Positions 11,816 to 24,479 of a DNA stretch of 64,000 bases are shown here, in pieces. Positions within the stretch are counted from its first letter, which is position 1. Each line of letters begins with the position of its first letter. The notes beneath the pieces are model-generated. The model was not told where the DNA came from, did no database searches, and saw nothing but the letters and a program-made list of their open reading frames with translations. Source of the DNA: Macrostomum lignano (taxonomy: Eukaryota); the NCBI GenBank assembly GCA_002269645.1, contig NIVC01000100.1, positions 682,001 to 746,000 on the forward strand. Direction: 5' to 3'. A program made the position numbers and the translations under genes.

Positions 11816-12780
11816 AGTAGTATGTTACAAGGGGCTGCGCCACACTTAATTGCTCGGGCGCATTGCGCGCCAGCTCGCTGGATGACTCAGCCCCCTATAA
11901 CATACTACTACTACCAGGAGGTCAGAGTTGCAAGTGGGTGTGATAAATATAAAAAATATATAAATATACATATATCTGTGAGTGAGGGTGTTGGGGGTGG
12001 GGGCATGTGGGGGCATTGGCATGTGGAATATTTCACAGAACACAGATTTTCCGGAAATTTTATACTTTTTAAAAAGGGGGGTGCCCTCGCCCTCATGCCC
12101 TCACTCATTTTCAAAATCACTAAAAATAAGTTAAAAATGACTAAAAACAGGTGAAAATGGTCTGAAAACAGCGATTTTTTGTGATTTTCAAAAATTTTGA
12201 AAAAGTGCAATTTTCACGATTCCAGCTCTAAAACCATTAGAAAAGTTGGATTCACGGGTCAATTCAATGCAATTTCAGGTATATAGAATATGAAAGTGTC
12301 ATCAAATTTAACGATAGTATATTTTATATATATAAAATGGCCTTCGGTAAACCATTATTTCTAGGAAATGCTTTAGATTTTCAGTCAGCTATAACAAAAC
12401 TACCACCCATCTTCACCACTGGAAAGTATCCTGGCGAATTTCATATTCCAGGGTATTATTTTGCAAGCCAACAGTTCTAACTCACAACGCTGATGATGTA
12501 TCAGAACCCCGTAACGTGGCACATTTTTGTCTATTTTTAGAACTAGAAAAAAAAGAATGAAGCAAACACAAAAGACTCTCAGACACACAGAGTGGGTGGC
12601 TCCACTGGAGCACAAGGGCAGCCTTTATTTCAAAGAGTTGTTTTCAAGTTATATACTAAGGTAAGTAGCGCGGAGTGAATGTCTGAATGATTTTGTCACT
12701 TTAAGTAGTAGCATGTCAATTTTTCTGGACGTCCAGAAAAAATTCTGGATATTTGTCTGTCATGTGTTTATTCATCAATA

Positions 12781-15700
12781 GAGCTTCAGAACTGCCGAGT
12801 GTACACCTCTGAGAAGTGCACCCTGCCGCCTAGAAGTTCAGCGCTGCTTGCCGTCAGACTGGATGACGGCCACCCTGAGAATCGAGGATCGCCATCAATC
12901 GTCGAGCTGGTGAAATCGAGACTGCACCCCAGTTGCAACACTCTGAGGCTACATAGAGGTCGTCAACACTGCTGACTGCGAGGTGTTCCTGCAGTCAGGC
13001 ACCCGCGTTGGTGTTGCGACACCACTTAGAACTGCCGACCTGATGTACCTGGAAGAGACACCGGAACCTGAAGTGCGACATTTGCCAAGGAGCCCTGAAG
13101 AGTCCAGTTCAGCTAGGCTAGAAGAAGTCGAGATCAACAGCGAACTGTCCGAAGATCAGCGACAGAGAGTGCGAGATCTACTAGTTGAGTGTCAAGCAGC
13201 CTTTTCGAAGCACCTGCTAGACGCTGGCCTGACACACCTGGTGACCCACGAGATCATCCTGAAGGATCGGACACCAGTTGCGCTACCACCGCGCAGGATC
13301 CCGCCTCATCTGAAGAACAAGTTAGACGCCCTGCTAGACGAGATGCTGGCGAAGCACATCATTCGCCCAGCTTATTCTAGCTACAACTCGCCAATGCTGA
13401 TAGTGCCCACGAAGGACGGCAACATCCGGCTGGTGCACGACTTCAGAGCTCTCAACGACAAGTGCGTGTACCACCCGTACACGCTGCCGCACATTCAGGA
13501 GACCTTCGCGAAGCTGCGTGGTGCCCAGTGGTACTCTAGCTTGGATCTCGCTCAAGGATTCTGGCAGATCCCGCTGCGCGACTGCGATCAGCACCTGACG
13601 GCGTTCTCTGTGATTGACCGCGGACAATTCTGTTTCAATGTTCTACCGATGGGTCTCCATGATAGTCCAGGCAGCTTTCAGCGTTGCATCAATAAGCTCC
13701 TGGACGGCCTGACGCCAAAGACCGCTTGGCTACATGGATGACATCGTGGTGCACTCAGTGACCTTCGAGGAGCAGCTGGACAACCTGCGGACTGTACTCC
13801 AGCGGATTATCGCAGCCAACCTCAAGATCAAGCTGAAAAAGTGCCATTTGTTCCTCAAGGAGCTGCATTATCTAGGTCACGTCGAGACTCCCGACGGCCT
13901 GAAGACCTGTGAAGACAAGATTGCGCAGATCCGTGATTGGCCCGTGCCACAGTCCGTTACTCAACTGAGACAATTCCTAGGCCTCGCCAATTACTACCAC
14001 AAGTTTGTCAACGGCTAAGCTGGATTTGCTGCGCCGCTGCATGCCCTGACTCGAAAGGACATCGGCAGCCTGCGGCAGCCTGCGGCAGCATTGGACTGAT
14101 GAGCACCAGGTAGCGTTCGACACGTTGAAGAAGAAATTGTGTTCGACTGAAGTTCTCGCTCTGCCTGAGTTCAACTCAGATCCTGATGTGAAGTTTGTCC
14201 TCGACACTGATGCCTCAGACATTCGCATAGGCTTTTGTCTTGGACAACGGCAATCCGACGGCGTCGAGCGCCTAATTGCATTCTTTAGCCGGAAACTTCG
14301 TGATCCTGAGAAGCGCTACACGGTTACGAAGAAAGAGCTGCTTGCAATCGTTGACGCTATGCGAAATTTCCGTGATTATTTAATTGGCAAGAAGTTTGAA
14401 GTTCGTTCTGACCATCGGGCCTTGCTGTGGCTGCTGAACCAGACGCAGGTCAAAGGCATCTTGGGCCGTTGGATTGAGCGACTGAGCGAGTTCCGCTTCC
14501 AGCTTCACCATCGCAAAAGCACGGACCACCCCAACGCTGACGCCCTGTCAAGACGCCCGGAGACACCACCGGTTGACTTTGAGCATGGCCGACTGCTTGA
14601 GCATCCCAATTCTGCAGCCCGACACGATGATGACACCAGCTTGGAGCCGGACTGGGACACCACCCGGAAGGCCACTGCAAGACCAGCCCTTTCGAAGAAG
14701 GTCCGCACTCGCAACAAGGAGGCCAAGACTGCCCTGGCCGAAGCCCTGAAGGCCACCGCGCCAGCAGCCCTTCAGCACGACGACCATCGCCGCGGTCAAT
14801 GCCCGGAGACCGGTTTGGACACCAACCCGGAGGCCACTGATACCTCAGCCCTCCGCAGCGATGCCAACGCCGACTGCCGATGCTTGGAGATTCGCCCAGA
14901 CGAAGCCTCGGAGGCCCCTGCTGACGTAGACCTCCTTGACGATGTCCAAGACTGCGGATCTCTGAACCTGGAGACGCCCCTGGACCACGACTCAGAGGCC
15001 ACTGAACAAGCAGTCCTCCTGATGATGGCCCACAACGCAAACCCAGATCAGCAATGTAACTGCAAATCCCCGGAGTTTTGCGCTGAGAGTTCTCGCCGTG
15101 TTGACAGAGGCCGGACTCTCGCGACGGCTGCAAGGTCAACGCTCTGCCCCCCGAGCCGACAGACAGCTGCTCATCGCCTGTGCGGAAAGTCGAGTCCCCT
15201 TCGCGACACCGCCCAGTGCAGAAGACTCACCCAATGTCGACGATTTTGGAGCCGACGGCTACGGCTGCCTGCGACGAGGCGTGCTTCATGTGTTGCGTCC
15301 CGCCCTCCAGCCAAGAGTCGTGTCTGGGCTGTGCAGTGGAGGCAAGTGCACTGCTCCAGCTGCGGAAATTCCTGTTGTAGTGATCCGCTAGTTGGTGTTA
15401 GGTGTCGCACTTTGTCAGCAGTCGCCCTTGAACTCGCCCTCGCCCTGGGTTGCTGTCTGCCGCTGGTCAGCTTCCCGCCTCCCTCCTTTTTTCTGTCTGT
15501 TGCTGCTCCCTTCCCTCGTTTTGCCCGTTTTGCCCCTTGTTTCTCAGCCCTCAGCTTCTCTGCTGTGGACTGTCTCTGTTTCGCTCGGTCATTGTTTCCC
15601 CTATCATGTGAGCGAGTCACATGACAGATCCTCTGTTCTTTAAGTCCTAAAGTGCAGTAAACATGTTTACTGCACTTGTTGGCCCTATTTACCGGGAGAG

Positions 15701-18560
15701 TCACATGCTTTCGGCCCCTTCCCTTCTCTAAGGAGAGGAGTGACTCATGTTGCTAAAAAAGCAACTGAGTCACAGCCATGTGCACTCTGCCGGGAGACCC
15801 TCAAGTGACGTCAGTTCTAAAAATAGAACGAGTCACGAGGTCTTCCGCACGCTTGTACCCTGCCCGAGACTCTCAAGTGACGTCAGTTCTAAAAATAGAA
15901 CGAGGTCACGAGGTCTTGTGCGTGGGTGTTTCCCGGTTATAAATAGGACCCCTCTCCCCTTGTTTCCGTCAAGAATTGGCTTCTTATCTGCGGAGAATTC
16001 ACTAAGATCCCGTGTGCGTCAGTGTCTAACTAAGTGCCCTTTGCGTACTGAATCCGTTTGTACTGGTCTGACTGAGACCCCACTAAAGCCCAAGCCTAAG
16101 GGAGGCTAACACTGCCTTCCCAGCCACCCCTGAGCCCGGCGGGGATCTGCTGATCAGGACGCCTTGTTCATTAATCTGCAAATCTGCACGCTGTGCTGAG
16201 TTCGTTGACTTGTTTATTTCGTTCCGACGGGAAGCTCACCTCATCGAAGGCCGAGACCTGAAGGAACTGGTGGCAGCACTACCTACGCTACTGAGAGTTG
16301 AGAGAATTTCCCACTGAAGAGGCTCGAGTCTTAAGGTAATCTTAGGCGCCTAAACCGGGAAGAAAACACAATTCCGCTTCATTGGTGGCAGCGGTGGGAT
16401 TCAAAGACCTACCAGGCCACCCCGAGAAAACCCATACTATTTCACTGGTGGCAGCGGTGGGATTCAAAGACCTACCAGGCCACCCCAAGAAAAACAATAA
16501 GTATTTCACTGTCAAGAGAGCGACGATGAGAACTTCGAAACGAGATCAGCGATCGTACGCCGACGTTGTGAGACAAAGTCCCTCGGAGCGACCTAATCCT
16601 GACGCCGACAAGACGGAGTCGCGTGATCAACTGCGAGCCAAAGAAGCGGAGACTGCGGGAGTCATGAACCCTCAGCCATGCCGCGCCGTGCTCACTGATT
16701 TTCTGAAGTTGCCGATGACGTGGCAACAGTTTGTCGACGCGCAGCGCGCCGACCGAGCTATCAGTTATGTGCTCAACTTGGTCGAGAACAAAGCCCCGAA
16801 GCCTGAGTTCGACGCCTGGTTGCGCCTGTCGAAGGAGCAGCGGAACCTGCTCGGTTATTTTGAGAGTTTGCGAGTGGAGGACAACCTGTTGATGATCGAC
16901 CTGACGGTCAGCAGTCCCCGAAGGTTTTCCTGCCCGAAGCCCTCGATGCCCAGGTGCTCCAGGAGGTCGCACTGTGTGGTCACCTAGGCCAGACAAAAAC
17001 GCTGAAACGACTGCGAGAACGTTCGCCACTGTGCGGCCAGACAAAAACGCTGAAACGACTGCGCGAGCGGCCCGGATTAGCCCGTGTCACCGAGAATTTT
17101 ATCAGCAGATGCCGTGCCCGTCTCGAAAGCAAATCGCGAAGGCGAGACAAAGTTCCAGTTCAAGGCTTCCCAGTTTGCGAAGTACTAGGAAGAGTACATT
17201 GCGACGTAGTAGGCCCTATTGCCCAGAAGAGCAAGAGCGGGAACCGCTACATATTGACCTTGTGCGATGCAACGTCGAAGTACCCGTTCGCCTACCCGAT
17301 GAGGAACCAGAAAGCCAAGACCATCATCAAGATCCTCCAGGAGCGCCTCATCCCGGATTTCGGTGTACCCTGCTGGATCCACACGGACCAAGGCACCAAC
17401 TTCACCGGCTCCGCCTTCAAGAAGTTCTGCAATTTGTTTGGCATTCGACATACTACGAGTACAACACCGTACAACCCAGTTTCCAATGGTCAAGTCGAGA
17501 ACCTCAACAAGCAGCTGAAGAGCGTTCTCACCTGTCTCCTCGAGCGAAACCACAATGACTGGGACACCTTCCTTCCAGCCTGCCTGATGGCTCTCCGCTT
17601 TAGTGTACACCCGGTGACAGGATTCACGCCCCACTACCTGGTGTTTGGCAGTGACTTCCGACTGCCGATCGACAAGGCGCTGAAGAAGCTGCCCGAGTAT
17701 GCCGACTTGCCCGACTATGTCAAGGACTTCCAACGCCGTCTTGACGATGCCACCGAGCTAGCCAAGAATCGTCTGCATCTCCATCAGCAACTGCGAGACG
17801 AGCACTACTCCAACCTGCCGAAGGCCAAGAAGCTCAAGCCCGGTGATTTGGTTTTCCTCAACAACCCGGTGCTCGAACCGGACGAGGCGGCAAAATTTAA
17901 TCGACCCCGCAAAGCACTCTACGAAGTCATAGAACCCAAAGGCGAGGTGGTCTACACGATTCGCCGTAGACTGCCCAATCCGCGAGCTAGACGGGATGAA
18001 CTTGTTGTTCATCGCCGCAACTTGCTCCACGTTCCTGACGCTGACTACGCGATGATTTCAGATCCCGAAGTCGAGAAGGCGAAGAAGCGCAGGCGACAGC
18101 CCGATGATCCCGACGGTGCAGGACCCGCGACCCTGCCACCGGTCCCCGAGGATGAGCTCGAAGATCCTGAGGACGACGAGGATGACGACGTGAGGCCGGC
18201 TCTCTGGTGGTACTTCCGGCCTCTGGCGATCCCGGAGGTGCAGCCAGGAGGTGGACCGATCACGACACCAGCGAATCAGGCAAGTGCACTTCGGCGTGAG
18301 CCAGTGCCGTATGGTGAATGCCACTTGCGTGAGCCTGTTTCAAATGCATCTGTGCCTGCTGCTTCTATTTCACCCGTCCATGTCTCCACTCCCCCTGAAC
18401 CTCTTGCTGCGGTACAGTCTCGTGTACCATCGCCATGCACCACTCCGGTGGAAGCGCTTGTAGAGCCTGTAGGTTTAGGTAGACAAGCTAGGGACCGTAG
18501 GCCTCCAGAGAGGCTTCTTATTAGCGACACTAGGCCGCAAACGTACGCTAGTCGCACCGC
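12781..18560 (+). pseudogene. Gypsy B pol (RT-RNase H-linker-integrase), frameshifted and split by solo LTR D
   Basis: LVHDFRALN, LDLAQGFWQ, YMDD (frameshifted at 13734), LDTDASD, KELLAIV, SDHRAL, GHLGQTKT, VHCDVVGP, IHTDQGTNF, SNGQVENLN. Confidence 0.92.
15376..16508 (+). mobile_element. Solo LTR D (1133 bp) with two tandem internal PBS-hairpin modules
   Basis: TGTAGTGA...TATTTCA ends; 4-bp TSD CTGT (15372-15375, 16509-16512); Gypsy B pol resumes directly after it. Confidence 0.9.
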
Positions 18561-18600
18561 CCGCATGCGCGCACAAAATTTAACTCATTTCAGCGCAGAA

Positions 18601-19793
18601 ATGCACTCTTCTCGCCCTGAGAAGCGAACCGACCGGTCAAACTCTGATGAGCGAGCGGCGGCTCAAAGAAGCCAGGCCTTTTGCCCCGCCAATGCTGGCC
18701 CCGCCATCGAAGCGGCCGCCGGCCAATGGGAGGACACGTCCCGGCCACCCCTGCTTCAACGGGTGCACCCGAGGCTGCGTCTAGGTCAGCGGCCGCGCAG
18801 CCGGTCCATCTCCCAGCCGCCCAACCGACGCTCGCCGCCGCCGGACCGACAGCAGAATGACCCAGTGCCTCCGCCGAGGAACCCCCCAAGCGCGACGCCG
18901 CAGGGGACGCGGACGGCGTCGTCACCAAGGAAGGACTCAGTCGGAGATCATTGACCTCACGGGTGGACTCTCCGATCCGCGTCCGCCGCCTGCGGCCCTC
19001 GCCGAGCAACAGCCGGAGTCCCGACGACCCGCAGGCCAGCCTGGGGCTAGAGGCCCTCAGGCAACAATATCAGCTACGGCCTGCAGACCCGATGAACTCG
19101 GCGGGACCATCCGCTGCCGCGCCCCCGTGCCTGCGGCAAGGTCCGCCCAGCTTCAGCGCCTTTGCGGCTACGTTCAGTGCCTACGACCCAATGGCCGGTT
19201 CCTCCACCCCGGAGACGCTGGAGCCCGCCGCTGGCCGACCGCGGGAGGAGCCACCGGAACGCGTTGCGACAGCTACTCAAACCTCGGACGCTGAGTTCAG
19301 CGACGCAAACGAGACCACCTACAGCTGGAGTGATCTCGCCGAGGAACTCCGCCGCGCCTTTCTACAGGCCCCGCCCAGCTCCCCTGCCGAGCCCCTCCGC
19401 GCCGATGCCGCCACCCAGATCGAGGGCCCTGCCTCAGTTGACGCTTTTGTCCAGGTGGCCACCCCGTGCGACGCCCAACCCCCGCTGGCTCAGAACAACG
19501 AGCCCGTTGCCTTGGCGCGGGCAGTTGCTGAACACCTCGCCGGATGCTTCGTAGCGGCGAGCCAGACCGGAGAGTGGCCCGCCTTCAACGAACCCATATG
19601 GGATGAGATGAGAGCCCTCGACGACATTGAGCGGCAGGCAGCGATGGACCACGGAGCCGACATCGCCGCCCCCGATATACGGCATCCCGCGCACCCAGCT
19701 GTGCTCATAGCGATGGCCGGCCGCGTCGCCCGCATTATGGCCGGCCGGGTCCCGGACCTGCCCGAGCGTATTGCTCAGGCCACCTGGCCCTGA
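18601..19793 (+). CDS. Gypsy B accessory ORF3 (unknown function; frameshifted N-terminal part, intact C-terminal domain 18951-19793)
   Basis: Sense ORF between integrase and 3' UTR; C-terminal region aligns by eye with ORF3 of element C. Confidence 0.6.
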
Positions 19794-20397
19794 GTCACTC
19801 CAGACAGTTTCCTGGCCCTTGCGATGACAGGTGCTTTCGCCCAATTTGATCGTCGCTTAGGTGTGCCTGCCTCTGTGTAGGATGACGCTCGTATCCAGCC
19901 CGGCCATCTGTTGAACTCTAGCGAGGGTGGGCTCCCTCAGTTTACGCGAAAGTAACGCGAGCGTACTATTGTCCGCATTTGTTTTTCTCCTCGCGCGCGC
20001 CATTTCCCCGGGCTCTGCCACTTGACTTCCGGCATCCCACTAAACCTATTTAGGCGCCCTGTTATTTTGCGTTTATTAGTTGGGCCGGCGCCTTCCATCA
20101 TTATTTTAGTCAATTAACAGGGCGTCAGTCCGCATTTTAAATTCAAAGTCAGTTTAAACTCCCTTTACTTAGCATTACTGCATTTACGCTCAATTTGATC
20201 AGGTCAGCCGATTATTAATTCAACATCACATCTCCTGCTCAATCTTTTCAGGTGGAACTTTTGTCAACTTTATGTCGCCTAATCTCAGTTAACGTCAAAT
20301 ATTTTCTCGTTTTGTTTTATTAAGTACAAATTTAACTTCTTCGTTTTAAATAAAGCGGCTACGCTTTCACTCCGCCTCATCATTTGAAAGGGGAGAG

Positions 20398-21135
20398 TGA
20401 AGTGAGCACTAGTTTAATGTTAAGTGTCCCGTTGGTCAGCTGTGCCCTGCGCCCTTCTGAGCTGTTGGCTGCCGCTGGCCGCAGCTCTCCCTCCCTCTCT
20501 CTCCCTCTCCTGCTCCCTCTCTCCCTCTCCCTCCCTCTCTCTCCCTCTCCCGCTCCCTCTCTCCCTCTCCCTCCCTCGTTGTCCTTTTGTCTGCCTGCGC
20601 TCCCCTTTTGTCCCCCCTTTTTCCGGTTCGTTTGCGTCCCCAGTGTCTGAGCTTCTTCGCTCGGCCTGTCCTTGATTCATTGTCTGTCTGGCCTTCTCCC
20701 CCCCCTTTTTTGTGTGGCTGCATTTGTTCTCTCTGTCCGACCTGTACGGTAGCGGATCACGTGCCCCGGCGCTCTGTCCTTTTCTTGCGCTGCCTTGTGC
20801 AATCTTGGGTGTCAGTCCTTAGCGTCCTTGCCTCTCAGGCGGGGCTCCGCGCTTGTTTCTAAAAATAGAACTGAATCACGCCAGGTTGAGGGGCGCAGTG
20901 AGAGCGGCCTTGCGCACTCTGGCGCAATGGGGTGTTGCACGGTATGCTGAAATCGATCCGCTAGCCTATAAGTACGGGCCTCTCGTGCCTCTGTTTGGCA
21001 ACCCTTCTGTTAACCCTTCTCTCTGCTAGCGCTCAGATAATCGCTCTCTTGAAAGTCCAGCGCAGCCTGCGCTAGGCCTCAGCCAACCTATCTGATTCCT
21101 GATCCATCTTCGACTGTGTGTCTGTGAGTAGCGGT
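20398..21135 (+). repeat. 3' LTR of Gypsy B, truncated
   Basis: Follows the polypurine tract; CT-rich tract, MEF2-like site and TATA-like CCTATAAG; no terminal CA or PBS module before Maverick sequence resumes. Confidence 0.7.
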
Positions 21136-21288
21136 TCTTCTAGGGCGGCAAAGACGGAATGAAAGATGAAAATAGAAAAGAATTTGTCAACATCCTGGAC
21201 AAAATGCTTGAGAGAAAATACATCGATAAGAGGGCGAGAGAGCTTCTGCTTTCGCGGTTCAACAAAAAATAATTTATTTTAAGTAAAA

Positions 21289-21678
21289 ATGCCGATTATT
21301 TTTGAGAAAGACATTGACAAATACTATGACAAAGAGGAACTTAATCTCATTAAACGCGGATCTGGACTTTTCCCTGCAGGCCACTATCCAAGAAAAGAGC
21401 GCTCCGGGAAGGGCCTTGCTGATTTGATCGCTCAGGGGGCCAAGATTTTTAAGGTCATTGGAGAGAACAAAGAGAACATCAAAAACGTTGCCGAAGCGGC
21501 TGGCAGTGTAGTCACAGCAGCCAAAAAGATAAAGGATACTGTAACACCTAAACAAGAGATTCAACCTCCACTGGCCCCGCTGGCTCCGCTGGCCCCAAAT
21601 CCAGACAGTGTGGACCCTGCAGTCTATGAGAAGATGAGAGCTAGCATTAAAAAAGGAAGTGGTTTCAAATTTGACTAA
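21289..21678 (+). CDS. Polinton core-like basic protein with repeated (K/R)G.G motifs, 129 aa
   Basis: Intact ORF with KRGSGL, RSGKGL and KKGSGF motifs, directly upstream of the ATPase. Confidence 0.55.
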   Translation: MPIIFEKDIDKYYDKEELNLIKRGSGLFPAGHYPRKERSGKGLADLIAQGAKIFKVIGENKENIKNVAEAAGSVVTAAKKIKDTVTPKQEIQPPLAPLAPLAPNPDSVDPAVYEKMRASIKKGSGFKFD

Positions 21679-21713
21679 AGGGTACTTTCTGAGGGTACAA
21701 GACTAGTCCCAAA

Positions 21714-22586
21714 ATGACTCATCTAAGTCCCAAAACGACACATCTAAGTTATTTATTATTTAAAAAATTTTTCATCATAGAAAAAATGGACTTTTCAAAC
21801 GACTTCAATCCTCACTGGACGCGTAATCAGATTAAGTTTTCTCATCACGAGTCAATCCCGAGTCACTTCAGATGCATTGTTGTTGGTTCATCAGGTTCAG
21901 GTAAAACATTCAGAGTCTTTAAAATGCTTCTTAGATCCGGCTTTATCGACTATGACACTCTGCACATCTACTCTCCCACACTGTATCAAGATGAGTATAG
22001 AATGCTGATTGCAGGGCTTCAAAACAAGCTGAACAAAGAGGACATTATTGCATGTTTTAATAACCAACAAAAACTTCCCAGTAACCCAGAAATTGTTGCT
22101 GCTGAATATGCAAAGCACCTCAAAGACAATGAAAAATGGCAGAACATTACAGTGTTCACCTATGGAGATCCACAGGCTGATCCAAAGACCAAACTTCAAC
22201 CCCAACCAGATGAGCTAGAAAAGTGGAGAAAACATTTGATCGTCTTTTATGATTGTATGACAGGCCCACAGAAGCAGATAGAAAATTATTTTACAAGAGG
22301 GCGACATAACAATTGTAATGCAATTTACATTGCACAGAATTGGTTCGAGCTCCCGAACAAAACAATTCGCGGGAACTGCAATCTGATTCTCCTGTTTCCA
22401 ACCATTCCACAGGACAGGCTAAAAAGATTTTACAATGAGGTCATTGCGCCTGCCTATTTTATAAATCCAACAAAAAACTCCAGCAGAAAGATTTCACAAG
22501 AGGAATTCGTTAACCTCTGCTACGAAAAGTGGAACCAACCCTTTCAGTTTGTCATGATCAACAAGGAGAAAAAGATTCTGATTTAA
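21714..22586 (+). CDS. Polinton A32/FtsK-like genome-packaging ATPase
   Basis: Walker A GSSGSGKT, Walker B region LIVFYD (D to Y change), FTRGRHNNCNAIYIAQNWF. Confidence 0.9.
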   Translation: MTHLSPKTTHLSYLLFKKFFIIEKMDFSNDFNPHWTRNQIKFSHHESIPSHFRCIVVGSSGSGKTFRVFKMLLRSGFIDYDTLHIYSPTLYQDEYRMLIAGLQNKLNKEDIIACFNNQQKLPSNPEIVAAEYAKHLKDNEKWQNITVFTYGDPQADPKTKLQPQPDELEKWRKHLIVFYDCMTGPQKQIENYFTRGRHNNCNAIYIAQNWFELPNKTIRGNCNLILLFPTIPQDRLKRFYNEVIAPAYFINPTKNSSRKISQEEFVNLCYEKWNQPFQFVMINKEKKILI

Positions 22587-22601
22587 ATTCTGTCAATAAA
22601 A

Positions 22602-23264
22602 ATGTCTATTAATTTTGCAGGCGAATCCATTTCTGGCAACAGCGCTCTTACATCAGCTCTAATATCCATCCTTGACAGGCGATATATCAACAGCGACGAA
22701 GAGATCTCAGAGATCAAACTGAATAAAAACAGACTGAAACAATTAGAGCGCTCCATGCACCAGCTACAGATAAACATAGAAGATCTCCGATATAGAGTAG
22801 GCAGGCAGAAGTTTGAAAGTGATACGCTTTATGTACAGGTTGTACACGCAACTAATAAATTAAGGTCAGAAATAACTTCGGCGGTCTCGCAAATCACAAA
22901 TTTAACATCGACAGTTAATCTTCTGAGAAATTCTACTGCTAGACAGATGCGCATTCTTGAAGGAGGAGTTTTTACAAACACAGTTAAAGTCAATAATTTA
23001 GAAGAGTTCATAAACCAGTCAACAGCGTTGCATGATAGAATTAAAGAAAGACTTGAAGCATTAGAGAGAAACGATGTATCACACAGTAGCTATCTAAACG
23101 GAATTTATAGCTCTTGGGGTAAAACACTAAGGAGGCTTAATCGTCTGGAGGGAGCACTCAATCTTCGTGATATTGCTATTGATGAAGCAGAATCTACTGC
23201 TCGTTCGATCATTACTGCAGATGAAATTACCAAAGAGAAAATAACAGATATTTCAACCAGATAG
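22602..23264 (+). CDS. Uncharacterised coiled-coil Maverick protein, 220 aa
   Basis: Intact ORF with heptad-like helical segments, in the ATPase gene cluster. Confidence 0.55.
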   Translation: MSINFAGESISGNSALTSALISILDRRYINSDEEISEIKLNKNRLKQLERSMHQLQINIEDLRYRVGRQKFESDTLYVQVVHATNKLRSEITSAVSQITNLTSTVNLLRNSTARQMRILEGGVFTNTVKVNNLEEFINQSTALHDRIKERLEALERNDVSHSSYLNGIYSSWGKTLRRLNRLEGALNLRDIAIDEAESTARSIITADEITKEKITDISTR

Positions 23265-23298
23265 TTTTATAATTTTTTATTTTTTCTAGAGAAAAATA

Positions 23299-23929
23299 TG
23301 GCCCAAAAAATTCTCTATACGATCAGTCTCAATACGCTGAACCTAAAATACCGACAGCACCAAACCCAACGGAACCGAATTCGAACACACAAAGCCTGGC
23401 ATCGAATATGAATGCACCTCAATATGAGCAACAAAAACTCTAGCCCGTCATTACTTGTAACTCTCAACAGTTTCGATTGGTGGAGATTCAAAAAATGTGC
23501 GATGATCTTGAAAAAAATCAACACAAAGAAAATTAAGCGCTATGACAACCACTGTAAATTTTTCGACTACAGCAATATGATTCTAGGATCTGTGTCTGTT
23601 GTATCTGGGTCTGCTGCAGCTGTCTCAGTGTTGCCAGCCATCACAGCCCCAATCGCAATTCCACTAGGTTCAGTAGGTGCTGCATGTGGACTTACTTCAG
23701 CAGTGACTGGAGCATTAAGGCGAAACAGGCGAAAAAAACTAAAGCAGCTACAGAAAAGCAAGTAAAAGAGAAAGGGGTGCACACTTCAATCATAGGGTAC
23801 ATTTCAAGGGCAATCGAGGATAAGTTCATTTCAGAGGATGAGTTCAAAACCATTCAGGATCTTTATGAACAATCAATTCGAATGAACTTGAACATGGTCG
23901 GTACTGATGACGAGTCAGCTGAGAAATGA
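23299..23929 (+). pseudogene. Conserved Polinton/adintovirus membrane-associated protein, with a stop and a frameshift
   Basis: Basic KK..RY segment, then a hydrophobic GSVSVVSGSAAAVSVLPAITAPIAIPLGSVG stretch, then ISRAIEDKFISEDEF. Confidence 0.6.
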
Positions 23930-24015
23930 ACTTGAGAACGCTCTTCAACATTATGCGGAAACAAAGTCGGCAAGAAATTCGGCAAGAAGGACAACGAGAA
24001 ATGCACAATGAACCC

Positions 24016-24425
24016 CTATGAAACACAGGTACGAATAATTTCCTTGTAGGTCTTTCGTGTTTTGGTCATTGCATACAAAACAGTCATGCACAGCTCACCG
24101 CAAATATCACTGCTAAGAACTTGGAGAATAAAGTCTGAGCGATAAGTTTTTTTAATTTTTTTCCCTTCATATAATTTCTTAGCTCTTCTGGTACTGCCGT
24201 CCCATAGCTATCAAAGTAATAACACTTGTGCTTGCGATCGGGATCAATCACCCAGCAAACCCAATGATATCCTGGCTTATCGGTGGTGTTAAAGTTCATG
24301 ATGCCGCATTCTTTTCTTAGAGGAAAATCAGGCAGAGTGTCCCCCATAAATATTCCTCTAAAGTTTGGGATTTTCAGTTCGTTAGCCAAATCTTCAAGAA
24401 AGTTATTTGTCGTCATTTTTGTCAT
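24016..24425 (-). pseudogene. Adenain-like (C5) cysteine protease, frameshifted near 24140
   Basis: IPNFRGIFMGDTLP, ECGIMNF, GYHWV, YYFDSYG; catalytic ICGELC lies in the shifted frame. Confidence 0.88.
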
Positions 24426-24479
24426 TTTTATGAGTTTTATTAAACCTTCTCTTAAACCTAAACCTAACCTCCACCGCCT

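Larger units (their letters stand above)
12781..21135 (+). mobile_element. Truncated Ty3/Gypsy element B (no 5' LTR, gag or protease; 3' LTR cut short) nested in the Maverick
   Basis: RT, RNase H and integrase homologous to element C; PPT GAAAGGGGAGAG then LTR start TGAAGTGAG at 20398. Confidence 0.88.

Noticed and set aside
12720-12741. 22-bp perfect palindrome as a regulatory site
   Set aside because: Isolated, partly homopolymeric and with no associated feature; noted only as lying close to the Gypsy B truncation.
16383-16508. CRISPR-like repeat-spacer array from the PBS modules
   Set aside because: Only two units, the variable tails are homologous to each other, and the repeat is a tRNA-Leu complement. 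Reported as an LTR module instead.
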